Below are positions 35,888 through 44,087 of a stretch of 64,000 nucleotides of DNA, one piece after another; the stretch's first letter is position 1; each line of letters begins with the position of its first letter. Origin of the DNA: Phycisphaerae bacterium (GTDB taxonomy: Bacteria; Planctomycetota; Phycisphaerae; Sedimentisphaerales; Anaerobacaceae); NCBI GenBank assembly GCA_028714255.1, contig JAQTMR010000007.1, positions 52,341-116,340 of the forward strand. The letters run 5' to 3'. The translations under genes were made by a program, and so were the position numbers. The notes beneath the pieces were generated by a model. It saw only the letters and a list, made by a program, of their open reading frames with translations. It did no database searches and had not been told where the DNA came from.

Positions 35888-37132
35888 ATGGCAACAAACG
35901 AAACAAGAAACGATACAAGCTATGATACGCTGTTCGGCAAGATAGCCGTAGAGCAGGGCCTCTGCACGGATGCAGAGTTGCGTCGCTCTCTCGAAGAACT
36001 GCAATCTCGCAGCAAAATCAATCCCATAATGCTCAAGGACCTTATGATGGACCTTGGTTACATCACACAGTCTCAGTCTGACAGGTTAAGAAAGTCCATC
36101 AAGGAGAGCAAAGCAGTCACCCACCAGATTCCGGGCTATAAAGTTCTCGGCAAACTCGGTGCGGGCGCAATGGCCGTTGTCTATAAGGCCCAGCAATTAA
36201 GTCTTAACAGAATGGTTGCGATAAAGGTTTTGCCGAAACGCTTCAGCGGAAATCCCGAATATGTGGAACGCTTCTTCAAGGAAGGCCAGGCCGCGGGAAA
36301 ACTCAATCACAATAATATTGTCCAGGCCGTTGACGTCGGTGAGGCGGGGGGATACCACTATTTTGTAATGGAATACGTCGAAGGAAAAACCCTGCACGAT
36401 GATTTGTCCGCCGGCAAAGTCTTTAAGGAAGACGAGGCCCTGGGTATAATCATTCAGGTTGCCCACGCTCTTCAGCACGCCCATTCGTGCGGCCTGATTC
36501 ACCGCGACGTCAAGCCCAAGAACATAATGATAAACACCGCAGGTGTAGTCAAGCTCGCTGATATGGGACTGGCCCGCGAAACGACGGACATCGAGGCCGC
36601 CCAAAACGAAGCGGGCAAGGCATACGGTACGCCGTACTATATTTCTCCAGAGCAAATCCGCGGCAAAATAGACATCGACGGCAGGGCCGACATTTATGGA
36701 TTGGGAGCGACTCTCTATCATATGGTCACAGGCCGGGTGCCGTTTATGGCCGACGACCCCGCCGATGTGATGAGAAAGCACCTCAGGGAAGAGCTGATTC
36801 CCCCAGACCATATAAATACGCAGCTTTCCGCGGGAATATCCGAAGTAATCGAAGTTATGATGGCCAAGAACAAAGAAGACCGTTACAACAACGTCGATGA
36901 ATTGCTGACGGATTTGGAAGCTGTTCGCAAAGGCCAGTCTCCGCTGCGGGCACACAAAAGGTTCGATGTCTCCGTCCTCGGACAGTTAGGAAAAGGAGAG
37001 GTTGTTAAAGCCGCGGACGAGGGACCTGACAAAGAAGATACCATTGCTCGTTATCGGATTGCCACGCTGGTCATGGGGGCGGTCGTGGCCATATTGCTTT
37101 TGACTATCGTTTTCCTTTTGGTTGTACGTTAG
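35888..37132 (+). CDS. Hanks-type Ser/Thr protein kinase with a C-terminal TM anchor
   Basis: Motifs GAGAMAVVYKA, VAIKVL, HRDVKPKN, ADMGLA and ISPEQ. The C-terminal helix is ATLVMGAVVAILLLTIVFLLVV. Confidence 0.9.
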   Translation: MATNETRNDTSYDTLFGKIAVEQGLCTDAELRRSLEELQSRSKINPIMLKDLMMDLGYITQSQSDRLRKSIKESKAVTHQIPGYKVLGKLGAGAMAVVYKAQQLSLNRMVAIKVLPKRFSGNPEYVERFFKEGQAAGKLNHNNIVQAVDVGEAGGYHYFVMEYVEGKTLHDDLSAGKVFKEDEALGIIIQVAHALQHAHSCGLIHRDVKPKNIMINTAGVVKLADMGLARETTDIEAAQNEAGKAYGTPYYISPEQIRGKIDIDGRADIYGLGATLYHMVTGRVPFMADDPADVMRKHLREELIPPDHINTQLSAGISEVIEVMMAKNKEDRYNNVDELLTDLEAVRKGQSPLRAHKRFDVSVLGQLGKGEVVKAADEGPDKEDTIARYRIATLVMGAVVAILLLTIVFLLVVR

Positions 37133-37142
37133 CGGCAATCTT

Positions 37143-38171
37143 ATGCCCAGAGGCGGTGCACATTTTTCTTCCGAAGAGCTGGCCCAGGTACTCAGCCACT
37201 ACGACATCGGTGTAATCCATCAGGCAAAACCACTCAATGCCGGCAGCCGACGCGCCCCGAAAATTGTAATTGCTTCCGAACGCGGCGAGTTCCTCCTCAA
37301 ACGCCGTCCCAAAGGAGAAGACAACCTCTACCACGTCGCCTTTGCCCACGCAATCCAGGCCCATCTCTCGGAGACGGATTTTCCCCTTGCGCCCCTTGTT
37401 ACCGCCTCCGACCAGAAAAACACAATCCTCTATCTTAACAATCACATCTATGAGCTTTTCGAATTCGTCACAGGCTCCCGCTACGACGGCTCCGCAGAAG
37501 CCACCGCCGACGCGGGCCTGCACCTGGCCAACTTCCACCGCTACTTGACCGATTTCGCAAAGAAATGGAAACCGCCAGGCACCAGCTTCCACGATTCTTC
37601 TATCGTTCGAATACATCTAAAAACCGCCGGCACTAAAAAGATGGCCCATCCGGACAAAAAATTGCAGAAGACCGCAGAAATATTAATGACACTTTACAAT
37701 GACTCCAGCGTTCGTGTAAGCGAGCTTGGTTTCGATTCCTGGCCGCGGCAAATCGTACACGGCGACTGGCACCCCGGCAATATGCTATTTTCAAATCACA
37801 AGCTGACCGCAGTCCTCGACTTCGACTCGGTAAAAATTGCCTCGCCCGTTACTGACCTTGCCAATGGCATGCTGCAATTCTCGATTGTGGGTAATCGTCC
37901 CAACCCCGCCGATTGGCCCGACTATTTCGACCAGGCCAAACTCGTCCAGTTCTTAAATAGCTATCGCAGGGTAATCGAGCTTGACCAAAGCAAGTTAACT
38001 TCCCTGCTCGATTTGATGATTGAGACAATGATAGCCGAGTCAATCCTTCCTGTTGCTGCGACCGGCTTCTTCGGCAATCTCTCCGGCCTTGAGTTTCTCA
38101 AAATGATTCAGCGAAAAGCCGATTGGCTAAACAATAACCGTGACACCATCATCCATGCGATTACCTCGTAG
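37143..38171 (+). CDS. APH/choline-kinase-type phosphotransferase family protein
   Basis: Brenner motif IVHGDWHPGNMLF and the metal-binding segment VLDFDS. The ORF is open from 37122 and overlaps the kinase stop; the ATG at 37143 is preferred. Confidence 0.75.
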   Translation: MPRGGAHFSSEELAQVLSHYDIGVIHQAKPLNAGSRRAPKIVIASERGEFLLKRRPKGEDNLYHVAFAHAIQAHLSETDFPLAPLVTASDQKNTILYLNNHIYELFEFVTGSRYDGSAEATADAGLHLANFHRYLTDFAKKWKPPGTSFHDSSIVRIHLKTAGTKKMAHPDKKLQKTAEILMTLYNDSSVRVSELGFDSWPRQIVHGDWHPGNMLFSNHKLTAVLDFDSVKIASPVTDLANGMLQFSIVGNRPNPADWPDYFDQAKLVQFLNSYRRVIELDQSKLTSLLDLMIETMIAESILPVAATGFFGNLSGLEFLKMIQRKADWLNNNRDTIIHAITS

Positions 38172-38177
38172 CGCAAT

Positions 38178-38210
38178 AAAAAAAGCTCCGCTTTCAAACG
38201 GAGCCTTTTG
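38178..38210. terminator. Bidirectional intrinsic terminator between the convergent APH-like and csp genes
   Basis: Stem GCTCCG (38185-38190) / CGGAGC (38199-38204), flanked by an A-run on the left and CTTTTGGTTCTTTT on the right. U-tracts therefore follow the hairpin on both strands. Confidence 0.6.
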
Positions 38211-38234
38211 GTTCTTTTGGAACATTGCTTTGGA

Positions 38235-38438
38235 TTAGCAGGGGATTACATTCGTCGCGCAGGGGCCTTTTTTGCCCTCTCCTATCTCGAACTCTACCTG
38301 CTGGCCTTCGTCAAGATTGGCGTAGCCGGTGCTCTTGATTTCGGAGTGATGAACGAACAAGTCGTTGCCGCCGCCCTCCGGGCTGATAAAACCGAAACCT
38401 TTTGTCTCATTAAACCATTTTACTATACCTTTACTCAC
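38235..38438 (-). CDS. Cold-shock protein (CspA family)
   Basis: 67 aa. Sequence [32 protein letters not shown] carries the RNP1 and RNP2 motifs. Confidence 0.95.
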   Translation of the reverse strand: MSKGIVKWFNETKGFGFISPEGGGNDLFVHHSEIKSTGYANLDEGQQVEFEIGEGKKGPCATNVIPC

Positions 38439-38611
38439 TGGAAACTCCTTAGGCCTCTAATTGGCCGTAAAATCTACCCCTCGTACTTGCATAAGAGATT
38501 ATTCCTGAGAGGTGCGAGAATAAACCCAACTGATATGCACTATACCGCCCCATCTCCGATAATACAACTAAAATATATTAAATTAATCATATTAACCAAC
38601 CTGCCCTGCCT

Positions 38612-38761
38612 GTCCGCCATAGCCCTTTGGCGACGGCGGAAGCTCGAACCGCCGATGATTTAGCCAGTCCACCTTGTCATTGCGAGGCCGAAGGCCGTGG
38701 CAATCTTATGCCACTATCGACTAACGACCCTTGTCCGCCATAGCTTTAGCGAAGGCGGAAG
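38612..38761. repeat. GC-rich hairpin repeats (TCCGCC...GGCGGA family) plus a 31-nt hairpin that recurs at 63333-63363
   Basis: 38612-38642 is GTCCGCCATAGCCCTTTGGCGACGGCGGAAG. 38733-38761 is GTCCGCCATAGCTTTAGCGAAGGCGGAAG. 38676-38706 is GTCATTGCGAGGCCGAAGGCCGTGGCAATCT, the exact reverse complement of 63333-63363. Confidence 0.8.
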
Positions 38762-38851
38762 CGGCTGGCGACTAATTTTCCCCTTGACCTTGGCTTGCCT
38801 TTAACGTACGTTGACTTACAAAGGTGACATTTTGGAAAAAGGAGACTTAAT

Positions 38852-38950
38852 ATGCTTTTAATGAGCACTGGACTTTGGATTGTTATTGCTGTGGCTGTTC
38901 TCATTGTGGTTGTATTTGTCGGAACAAAGATAAAAGATAAATTCTATTGA
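38852..38950 (+). CDS. Candidate 32-aa single-TM small protein
   Basis: The ATG is 6 nt after AAAGGAGA. Peptide: MLLMSTGLWIVIAVAVLIVVVFVGTKIKDKFY. It is below the ORF-track length cutoff, and I have no homology evidence. Confidence 0.4.
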   Translation: MLLMSTGLWIVIAVAVLIVVVFVGTKIKDKFY

Positions 38951-39061
38951 AAACCCCGGCATTGCCTGCTCTGAGCACCGTTGAAGGGCCCGCCAGCTTC
39001 AACAATAACCGCGACACATCAACTCAGGCAATTACCTCGTAATTTCCCAAATCCCGCCGGT

Positions 39062-40612
39062 TTATCCGGTGGGTGCCTTTGACCAGCGATAATCTGCAGT
39101 CTGAGGTTTACGTAAGCCGGCTGCTAAAACGATGTCCCCGCCGGGCTTCTTAAGTTTCAGCTCGGGCAGCGCCGCATGCTTTTGCTTTTGCGTTAGCCGT
39201 CTGCGGAAGTGCTCCTTCGCGGCGAACAAAAGGGGTCGATAGTAAAAAGCATCTCGAGCGCCTCGGACAAACCCTACTAAATGACGCCAGACAATGGGCC
39301 ATCGCATATAAAACTCCATCAGAGCGATACGCTGAAACTCAATTAGCTGCTCTCGCGGCACATCATTAAGTTCGATGACAGCATTACCCTCGCGTCTGAA
39401 ATCCGACCAGCCCTTTGACAGGAACTTATAGCAGCTGCGCAGTTTGGGGTCTTCACAAATCTCTATGCCGGGATAAGGCGTGAAGATGTTGAAGTTTGCG
39501 CGGTCGATTGCAAGATGTTTGGCGAAATCAATGGTCTCTCGTATAGTTTGCTGATTCTCGCCGGGTAGCCCCAGGATAAATGATGCGCGAGTTTCGAACC
39601 CGAGTCGCCTCAATAGTCTAAATCCATTTTCGACTTGAGCAAGTGTTATTTGCTTCCGTGCCAGGTCTAAAATCTTCTGATTACCAGATTCTACGCCGAC
39701 CGAGATATGAATACAGCCGGCCTGACGCATTTTGAGCAGCATGTCCTCGCGAAGCGTATCTGCGCGGGCCAGACACATCCAGCGTATCGGTATGCGATGC
39801 TGGATGATTTTATCGCAGATATCCATCACACGGGTTGGCTTCAAAGTGAAGGTGTCATCTACGAAAAAAATTACCTCGGCCCCATACTGCTCAACACATA
39901 TCTGAATCTCATTGATAACTCTCTCTGTGGCACGAAACCGCATCTTGGTGCCGAACATATGGTAGCAATATGTACAGCGGTATGGACAGCCGCGGGATGT
40001 ATGAACCGTAGCCAGCCGCTTCATACCGAACTTTGGGTCAGGGAAGAGATACAGGGCAGGAGCAGTGAGATGGCGGGCCGGTAGCGGCAGCGAGTCGAGG
40101 TCCTGTATGAGCTTACGGTTTTCATTGCACCGGATTTGACCGTTGCAACGATATGATAGCCCCTTTATAGCCTGTAGCTCACCATTCTTTTCCAGTGCCT
40201 CAAGCAATTCCGTAGTGGTGATTTCACCTTCTCCGCGAACAACGAAGTCAATATGTGGATTCTCAGACAGAACGTCCTTGGATAATATAGTCCCATGTGG
40301 GCCGCCCAGAACCGTAAATACACCGAGTTGCTGTTTTACGGTCTTGATTAACTCGCTGGCGACAGGAAATTCAGGCGTCGTAGAACCTACACCGAACATC
40401 TCGGTGCGGAAATCGGCCACGCGGTGCACCACTTCGCTTATCGAGAGGCCCTCCGCCTCGCAATCGGCAACCATTACCTTGTGCCCGGCCTTTTCGAGAG
40501 CGCTCGCCACATAAAGCATTCCGCTTGGTGGAAGAACCATCTTGGTCTTGGTTTTGCTTGTCAGCATTCCGTAGATAAAAGAATAAGGAAGACGTGCGAG
40601 AAATACTCTCAT
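39062..40612 (-). CDS. B12-binding-domain radical SAM protein (class B)
   Basis: The ATG at 40612 is preceded by GGAGG (the ORF is open to 40726). N-terminal B12-binding-like Rossmann part (YVASALEKAGHKVMVADCE), CxxxCxxC cluster motif SRGCPYRCTYC, and a long C-terminal helical tail. Substrate unknown. Confidence 0.8.
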   Translation of the reverse strand: MRVFLARLPYSFIYGMLTSKTKTKMVLPPSGMLYVASALEKAGHKVMVADCEAEGLSISEVVHRVADFRTEMFGVGSTTPEFPVASELIKTVKQQLGVFTVLGGPHGTILSKDVLSENPHIDFVVRGEGEITTTELLEALEKNGELQAIKGLSYRCNGQIRCNENRKLIQDLDSLPLPARHLTAPALYLFPDPKFGMKRLATVHTSRGCPYRCTYCYHMFGTKMRFRATERVINEIQICVEQYGAEVIFFVDDTFTLKPTRVMDICDKIIQHRIPIRWMCLARADTLREDMLLKMRQAGCIHISVGVESGNQKILDLARKQITLAQVENGFRLLRRLGFETRASFILGLPGENQQTIRETIDFAKHLAIDRANFNIFTPYPGIEICEDPKLRSCYKFLSKGWSDFRREGNAVIELNDVPREQLIEFQRIALMEFYMRWPIVWRHLVGFVRGARDAFYYRPLLFAAKEHFRRRLTQKQKHAALPELKLKKPGGDIVLAAGLRKPQTADYRWSKAPTG

Positions 40613-41099
40613 ATTTACCTCCTTCTTTAACTTAAAGTTAAAGCTCCTCTTTTGCTGCGTTCCTAATATATCAGCCCAATATTTATCAAAGCAGAAACAC
40701 TTCTTGCTTTGTAAAGGCTCTGCCATGAACCGAACAAACCGATTCCCTTATACCGCAACGCCTGAAATAAAAAAGTCAGCGAACAATCTGTTGAACAATT
40801 CGCTCGGGAATAGCTGTTCTCGATGCCCCATCGCTACTTGGCGTATTGGCATCCTGATGTGTGACGAACGGTTATAGTAAACGCTGCGTCTGGTGAAAAT
40901 TAAACTAAAAGGGTCGCTCCTCCGTCACGCATTTTGTTATTCCCATCCTCCAACTCATCCTTAACAAAATCTATCGTGGCATATCGAGATGACTTCTCAT
41001 TATTATAAAACAACGCTTTTCGCCTTGTCAAGACAAAAAAAGTTTTGTTGTTCTTCTGGAGAGCCCGTCATAGGCTGATAAACATCGTATCCTTCGGTG

Positions 41100-41920
41100 C
41101 CGGCGGGAGTTACGAGATTTTTTCAAACTTTTATATGCGGTTTTGTAAGTTTGTTTTTGACCCATTCGACAGGCTCAGGATAAATGGATTCGACAAGCTC
41201 ACCATAAATTGGGTTCGTTTGGGTTCGTTTTAACCAAGTGTCCAATTTGCATTTCTTGCTGTAATTCGTTGTTGAAATTACGGTTATAAACATTTGACTT
41301 TTTCGAAAATTGGGTTCGTTTTGCATAATAGTTCAATTTTGATTGAACCGTATTGCGCAAAATAAGAAAATTAACCACGGATTTACACGGATATTTTTCA
41401 TAATGTTTAGAAATAATACCCCCCTTTCATTAATAGGGTGGACATGCGCGTTTGGTTGAAAAAGAATGTGGTTTTGGACCCGTCTCCGTTAAAAACTCCG
41501 CCGAGGTCTTCGCTGCGCTACGATTAAAAATTTTGAAATTAGCTGTTTTGGTGTGCGGGTAGCTGCGGTTTTGATTGAAAGATTTAACCGCAGAGAGCGC
41601 GGAGGACGCAGAGAAAAATTTAGCCACGAAAAGGCACAAGAAACACAAGAGGAAATTAGACACGGATTAACGCAGATTAACACTATTGTTTTTTAGCCAC
41701 AAAGGCCCTAAGACACAAAGTCCTTGGGACTCCTTACGGAGAAAAGTTAGCCACAGAGTTCACAGAGAGACTGGGGGTGATGGGAGATGGACGAAGGAAG
41801 ATAGACGATGAAAGACATATAAAAGTAAAAATCGTGTTTTGTTTTGCATAATTTTTAGATGTAAAAAAAGCCTCCTTTATTAAGGGCGGACATGCGCGTT
41901 TGATGCGAAAAAATCCCTCA
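41100..41920. repeat. Intergenic repeat island II
   Basis: Contains ATTGGGTTCGTTT copies (about 41205-41235 and 41308-41325), 9-mer triplet modules (41367-41399, 41586-41770), the ~50-nt module 41479-41529 (compare 6858-6907), and two copies of a GGACATGCGCGTTTG-centred module (41423-41464 and 41871-41913). Confidence 0.85.
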
Positions 41921-41941
41921 AATTCTATTAAAACCGAAGAA

Positions 41942-42658
41942 TTAAAGCTGCGATTTGAACCAGGACATTGGGAAGTTTCTGCCGGGGCAATCTGTTACTG
42001 TTCCCGCGCCCGGCGTAGAGCCATGTCCGTAAATCTTATTTTTTGGTATCCCGTACCGCTTTTGCAGAAACTGCACAAGTTTAATCAGCGACTGCATTTG
42101 CGCGTTTGTCGGCGGTGCCTGATTGAAATTACCCACTAAACAAATCCCTATCCCGTCCCTGTTTGCCCAGTTGCCCGGCGTGCCGCCGCAATGCGCGCCT
42201 GTAACCTGTTTTTGCCAGCGGTATGTTACCTCGACCTGTCCGTTACCGCTGTTAGAGCCGTTGCCTATGACGAAATCATAACCAACACCTTCCCAGTGGT
42301 TATTTTCCCTGTGCCATTTATCGAATATCGCGGCGTTTCCGTTTTTCGTCGCTGAATGGTGTATTATTATAGCGGTCCATCTTTTTTCCACCGAGGAAGA
42401 CGGCTGCCACTGCTGGGAAATGCCCTGGTTATTCGAAAGTACATGCCGGGCCGGTGCTAAAGGTTTAGGTTTGAGAGGCTCGATGCTCTTATAGCCGTAA
42501 TCGGTTGTAATCTCGGGCATTGGCTCATCGTTATAAACGCATCCGCCGAGGACAATCAAACAACCCCACGCAACAAAAGTGATTCTATTAAGCATCCTTT
42601 TAATTCTTCCTGCTTTTTCAGCTATTATGCCGTCGGCGTCCTGCTGTCGATTATGCAT
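41942..42658 (-). CDS. N-acetylmuramoyl-L-alanine amidase (Amidase_2/PGRP fold), probable lipoprotein
   Basis: Segment IIIHHSATKNG...WEGVGYDFVIGNG...GAHCGG...NRDGIGICLVGNF...YGHG. Lipobox-like LIVLGGC. The start is either 42658 (overlapping the upstream stop) or the ATG at 42595. Confidence 0.8.
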   Translation of the reverse strand: MHNRQQDADGIIAEKAGRIKRMLNRITFVAWGCLIVLGGCVYNDEPMPEITTDYGYKSIEPLKPKPLAPARHVLSNNQGISQQWQPSSSVEKRWTAIIIHHSATKNGNAAIFDKWHRENNHWEGVGYDFVIGNGSNSGNGQVEVTYRWQKQVTGAHCGGTPGNWANRDGIGICLVGNFNQAPPTNAQMQSLIKLVQFLQKRYGIPKNKIYGHGSTPGAGTVTDCPGRNFPMSWFKSQL

Positions 42659-43106
42659 TTTCGAGCTTGTGAGGATTTACCAATCGCGGCTTTTCTTTAT
42701 ACCTGACCATACGCACGCAATTGCCGCTTTTGTTAAATTCGACCACATCCATATACGATTGCATAAGAAGCAACCCACGTCCTTCGTTCTTATAAAGATT
42801 TTCGCCGAGCCTCGGGTCCGGAATGTCTTCCGGGTCGAATCCCTTACCCTGGTCGGTTATCGAGATTTCGACTTTATCGGAACTAACGGAGTAGTCAACT
42901 TTGACTTCTTTGCCGGGCTTCATTTTATTGCCGTGCTTTATGGCATTAACGAAGGCTTCTTCGAGGGCCAGATGAACGGCGAAGATGTCCTCTTTGCTGA
43001 AATTGTTGGCTTCAAGGCTGGGCAAAATACCTCTGCACACCTCATTAATGGCAGAGGGTGTACTTTCAACAGCTATTGAGCGAGTAATCGGTGTTCTTAG
43101 TACCAC
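42651..43106 (-). CDS. Anti-sigma-factor-type Ser kinase (RsbW/SpoIIAB-like, HATPase_c_2)
   Basis: 151 aa with a GTG start. Segments LALEEAFVNAIKHGN, ISITDQGKGFDPEDIPDP and GRGLLLMQSYMD. Confidence 0.75.
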   Translation of the reverse strand: MVLRTPITRSIAVESTPSAINEVCRGILPSLEANNFSKEDIFAVHLALEEAFVNAIKHGNKMKPGKEVKVDYSVSSDKVEISITDQGKGFDPEDIPDPRLGENLYKNEGRGLLLMQSYMDVVEFNKSGNCVRMVRYKEKPRLVNPHKLENA

Positions 43107-43221
43107 TATCCTAAAATACCCTTATAACAGCTCAGCAGGAGCAGGATTATAGAACCCTGCCGACTACTAATTATCGGCTAATTTTTCGTCCTCGTGAACA
43201 AAATAAAGAGATTGCAACGGC

Positions 43222-43593
43222 CTAATCCGCTGCGGCCAAGCTCTCAACAGCACTTTTTACGTCCTGATATATATCGAAAATTTTGGTCAGCCTCGTTATT
43301 TTGAAAATTCTATATATTTTCGGGGCTATGCCACAAAGCTTTAATTGGCCATCCTGCTCATAAACCTTTTTGCTGATTCTTATTAAAAGTCCTAAGACAG
43401 CAGACGACAGGAACTGGACATTTTGAAAATCCAGAATCATATTTATTCCGCCGGCAGCGGACTCTATGACAGACATGATAGATTCCTGAAGTGCCTGAAG
43501 GTCCTTCTCTTCGAGGATTTTTTCGTCGGTAAAGGTAACGATAGTTGCCTTGTCAACGTACTCAACACTTATTCTCGGTTTTATAGGCACCAT
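43222..43593 (-). CDS. STAS-domain anti-sigma-factor antagonist (RsbV/SpoIIAA-like)
   Basis: 123 aa. The segment ILDFQNVQFLSSAVLGLLIRISKKV contains the conserved phosphorylatable Ser position. Confidence 0.75.
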   Translation of the reverse strand: MVPIKPRISVEYVDKATIVTFTDEKILEEKDLQALQESIMSVIESAAGGINMILDFQNVQFLSSAVLGLLIRISKKVYEQDGQLKLCGIAPKIYRIFKITRLTKIFDIYQDVKSAVESLAAAD

Positions 43594-43802
43594 AACAATC
43601 TCCCTAAAACAGTATATAATCCTATAATTCTATGTTAAGGCTTTCCGGATGTCAATTTGAAATAATTGTGAAATTTAACGGTTCTTCAGAAAAACTCTTG
43701 CAGGGCGATGTGGGGCAGGGATAATAAACCTGCCGGGGCGCGGGCTCCGGCCTTAGCCTGATATGAATACCAAGAGCTTTTGCCGGAAGGGCGGTTTACA
43801 TA

Positions 43803-44072
43803 ATGCATATTAGCGAATTTCAACAACTGATTTCGAAAAAGTACGAAAAACGAGACCGAGAAAGGGGAGTCCCCGCAACCTTTATGTGGTTTGTCGAAGA
43901 GGTCGGCGAATTGGCTACCGCATTGGCGTCGAAGGACGAGAAAAACAAAAAAGAGGAATTTGCCGATGTGTTTGCCTGGCTGTGTACGCTGGCAAATATC
44001 AGCGATGTGGATTTGGAAAAGGCCTGTAAGAAATACACCAGCGGCAGATTAAAAGGGTTCAAGCCCAAATAG
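43803..44072 (+). CDS. MazG-like nucleotide pyrophosphohydrolase domain protein
   Basis: 89 aa. The segment FMWFVEEVGELATAL...EEFADVFAWLCTLAN carries the EExxE...D-type metal-binding helices. Confidence 0.7.
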   Translation: MHISEFQQLISKKYEKRDRERGVPATFMWFVEEVGELATALASKDEKNKKEEFADVFAWLCTLANISDVDLEKACKKYTSGRLKGFKPK

Positions 44073-44087
44073 GGGGTAAATGCAGCT

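Noticed and set aside
38852-40612. The small peptide plus the B12-radical SAM enzyme as a RiPP precursor/maturase pair
   Set aside because: The genes are convergent, not co-transcribed. The peptide is a plain TM helix without Cys/Ser/Thr-rich core or leader features. No protease, transporter or RRE-type protein is nearby.
40613-41040. A cobalamin riboswitch upstream of the B12-radical SAM gene
   Set aside because: I could not find a B12-box-like core or the expected paired regions on the minus strand. A covariance-model scan would be the decisive test.
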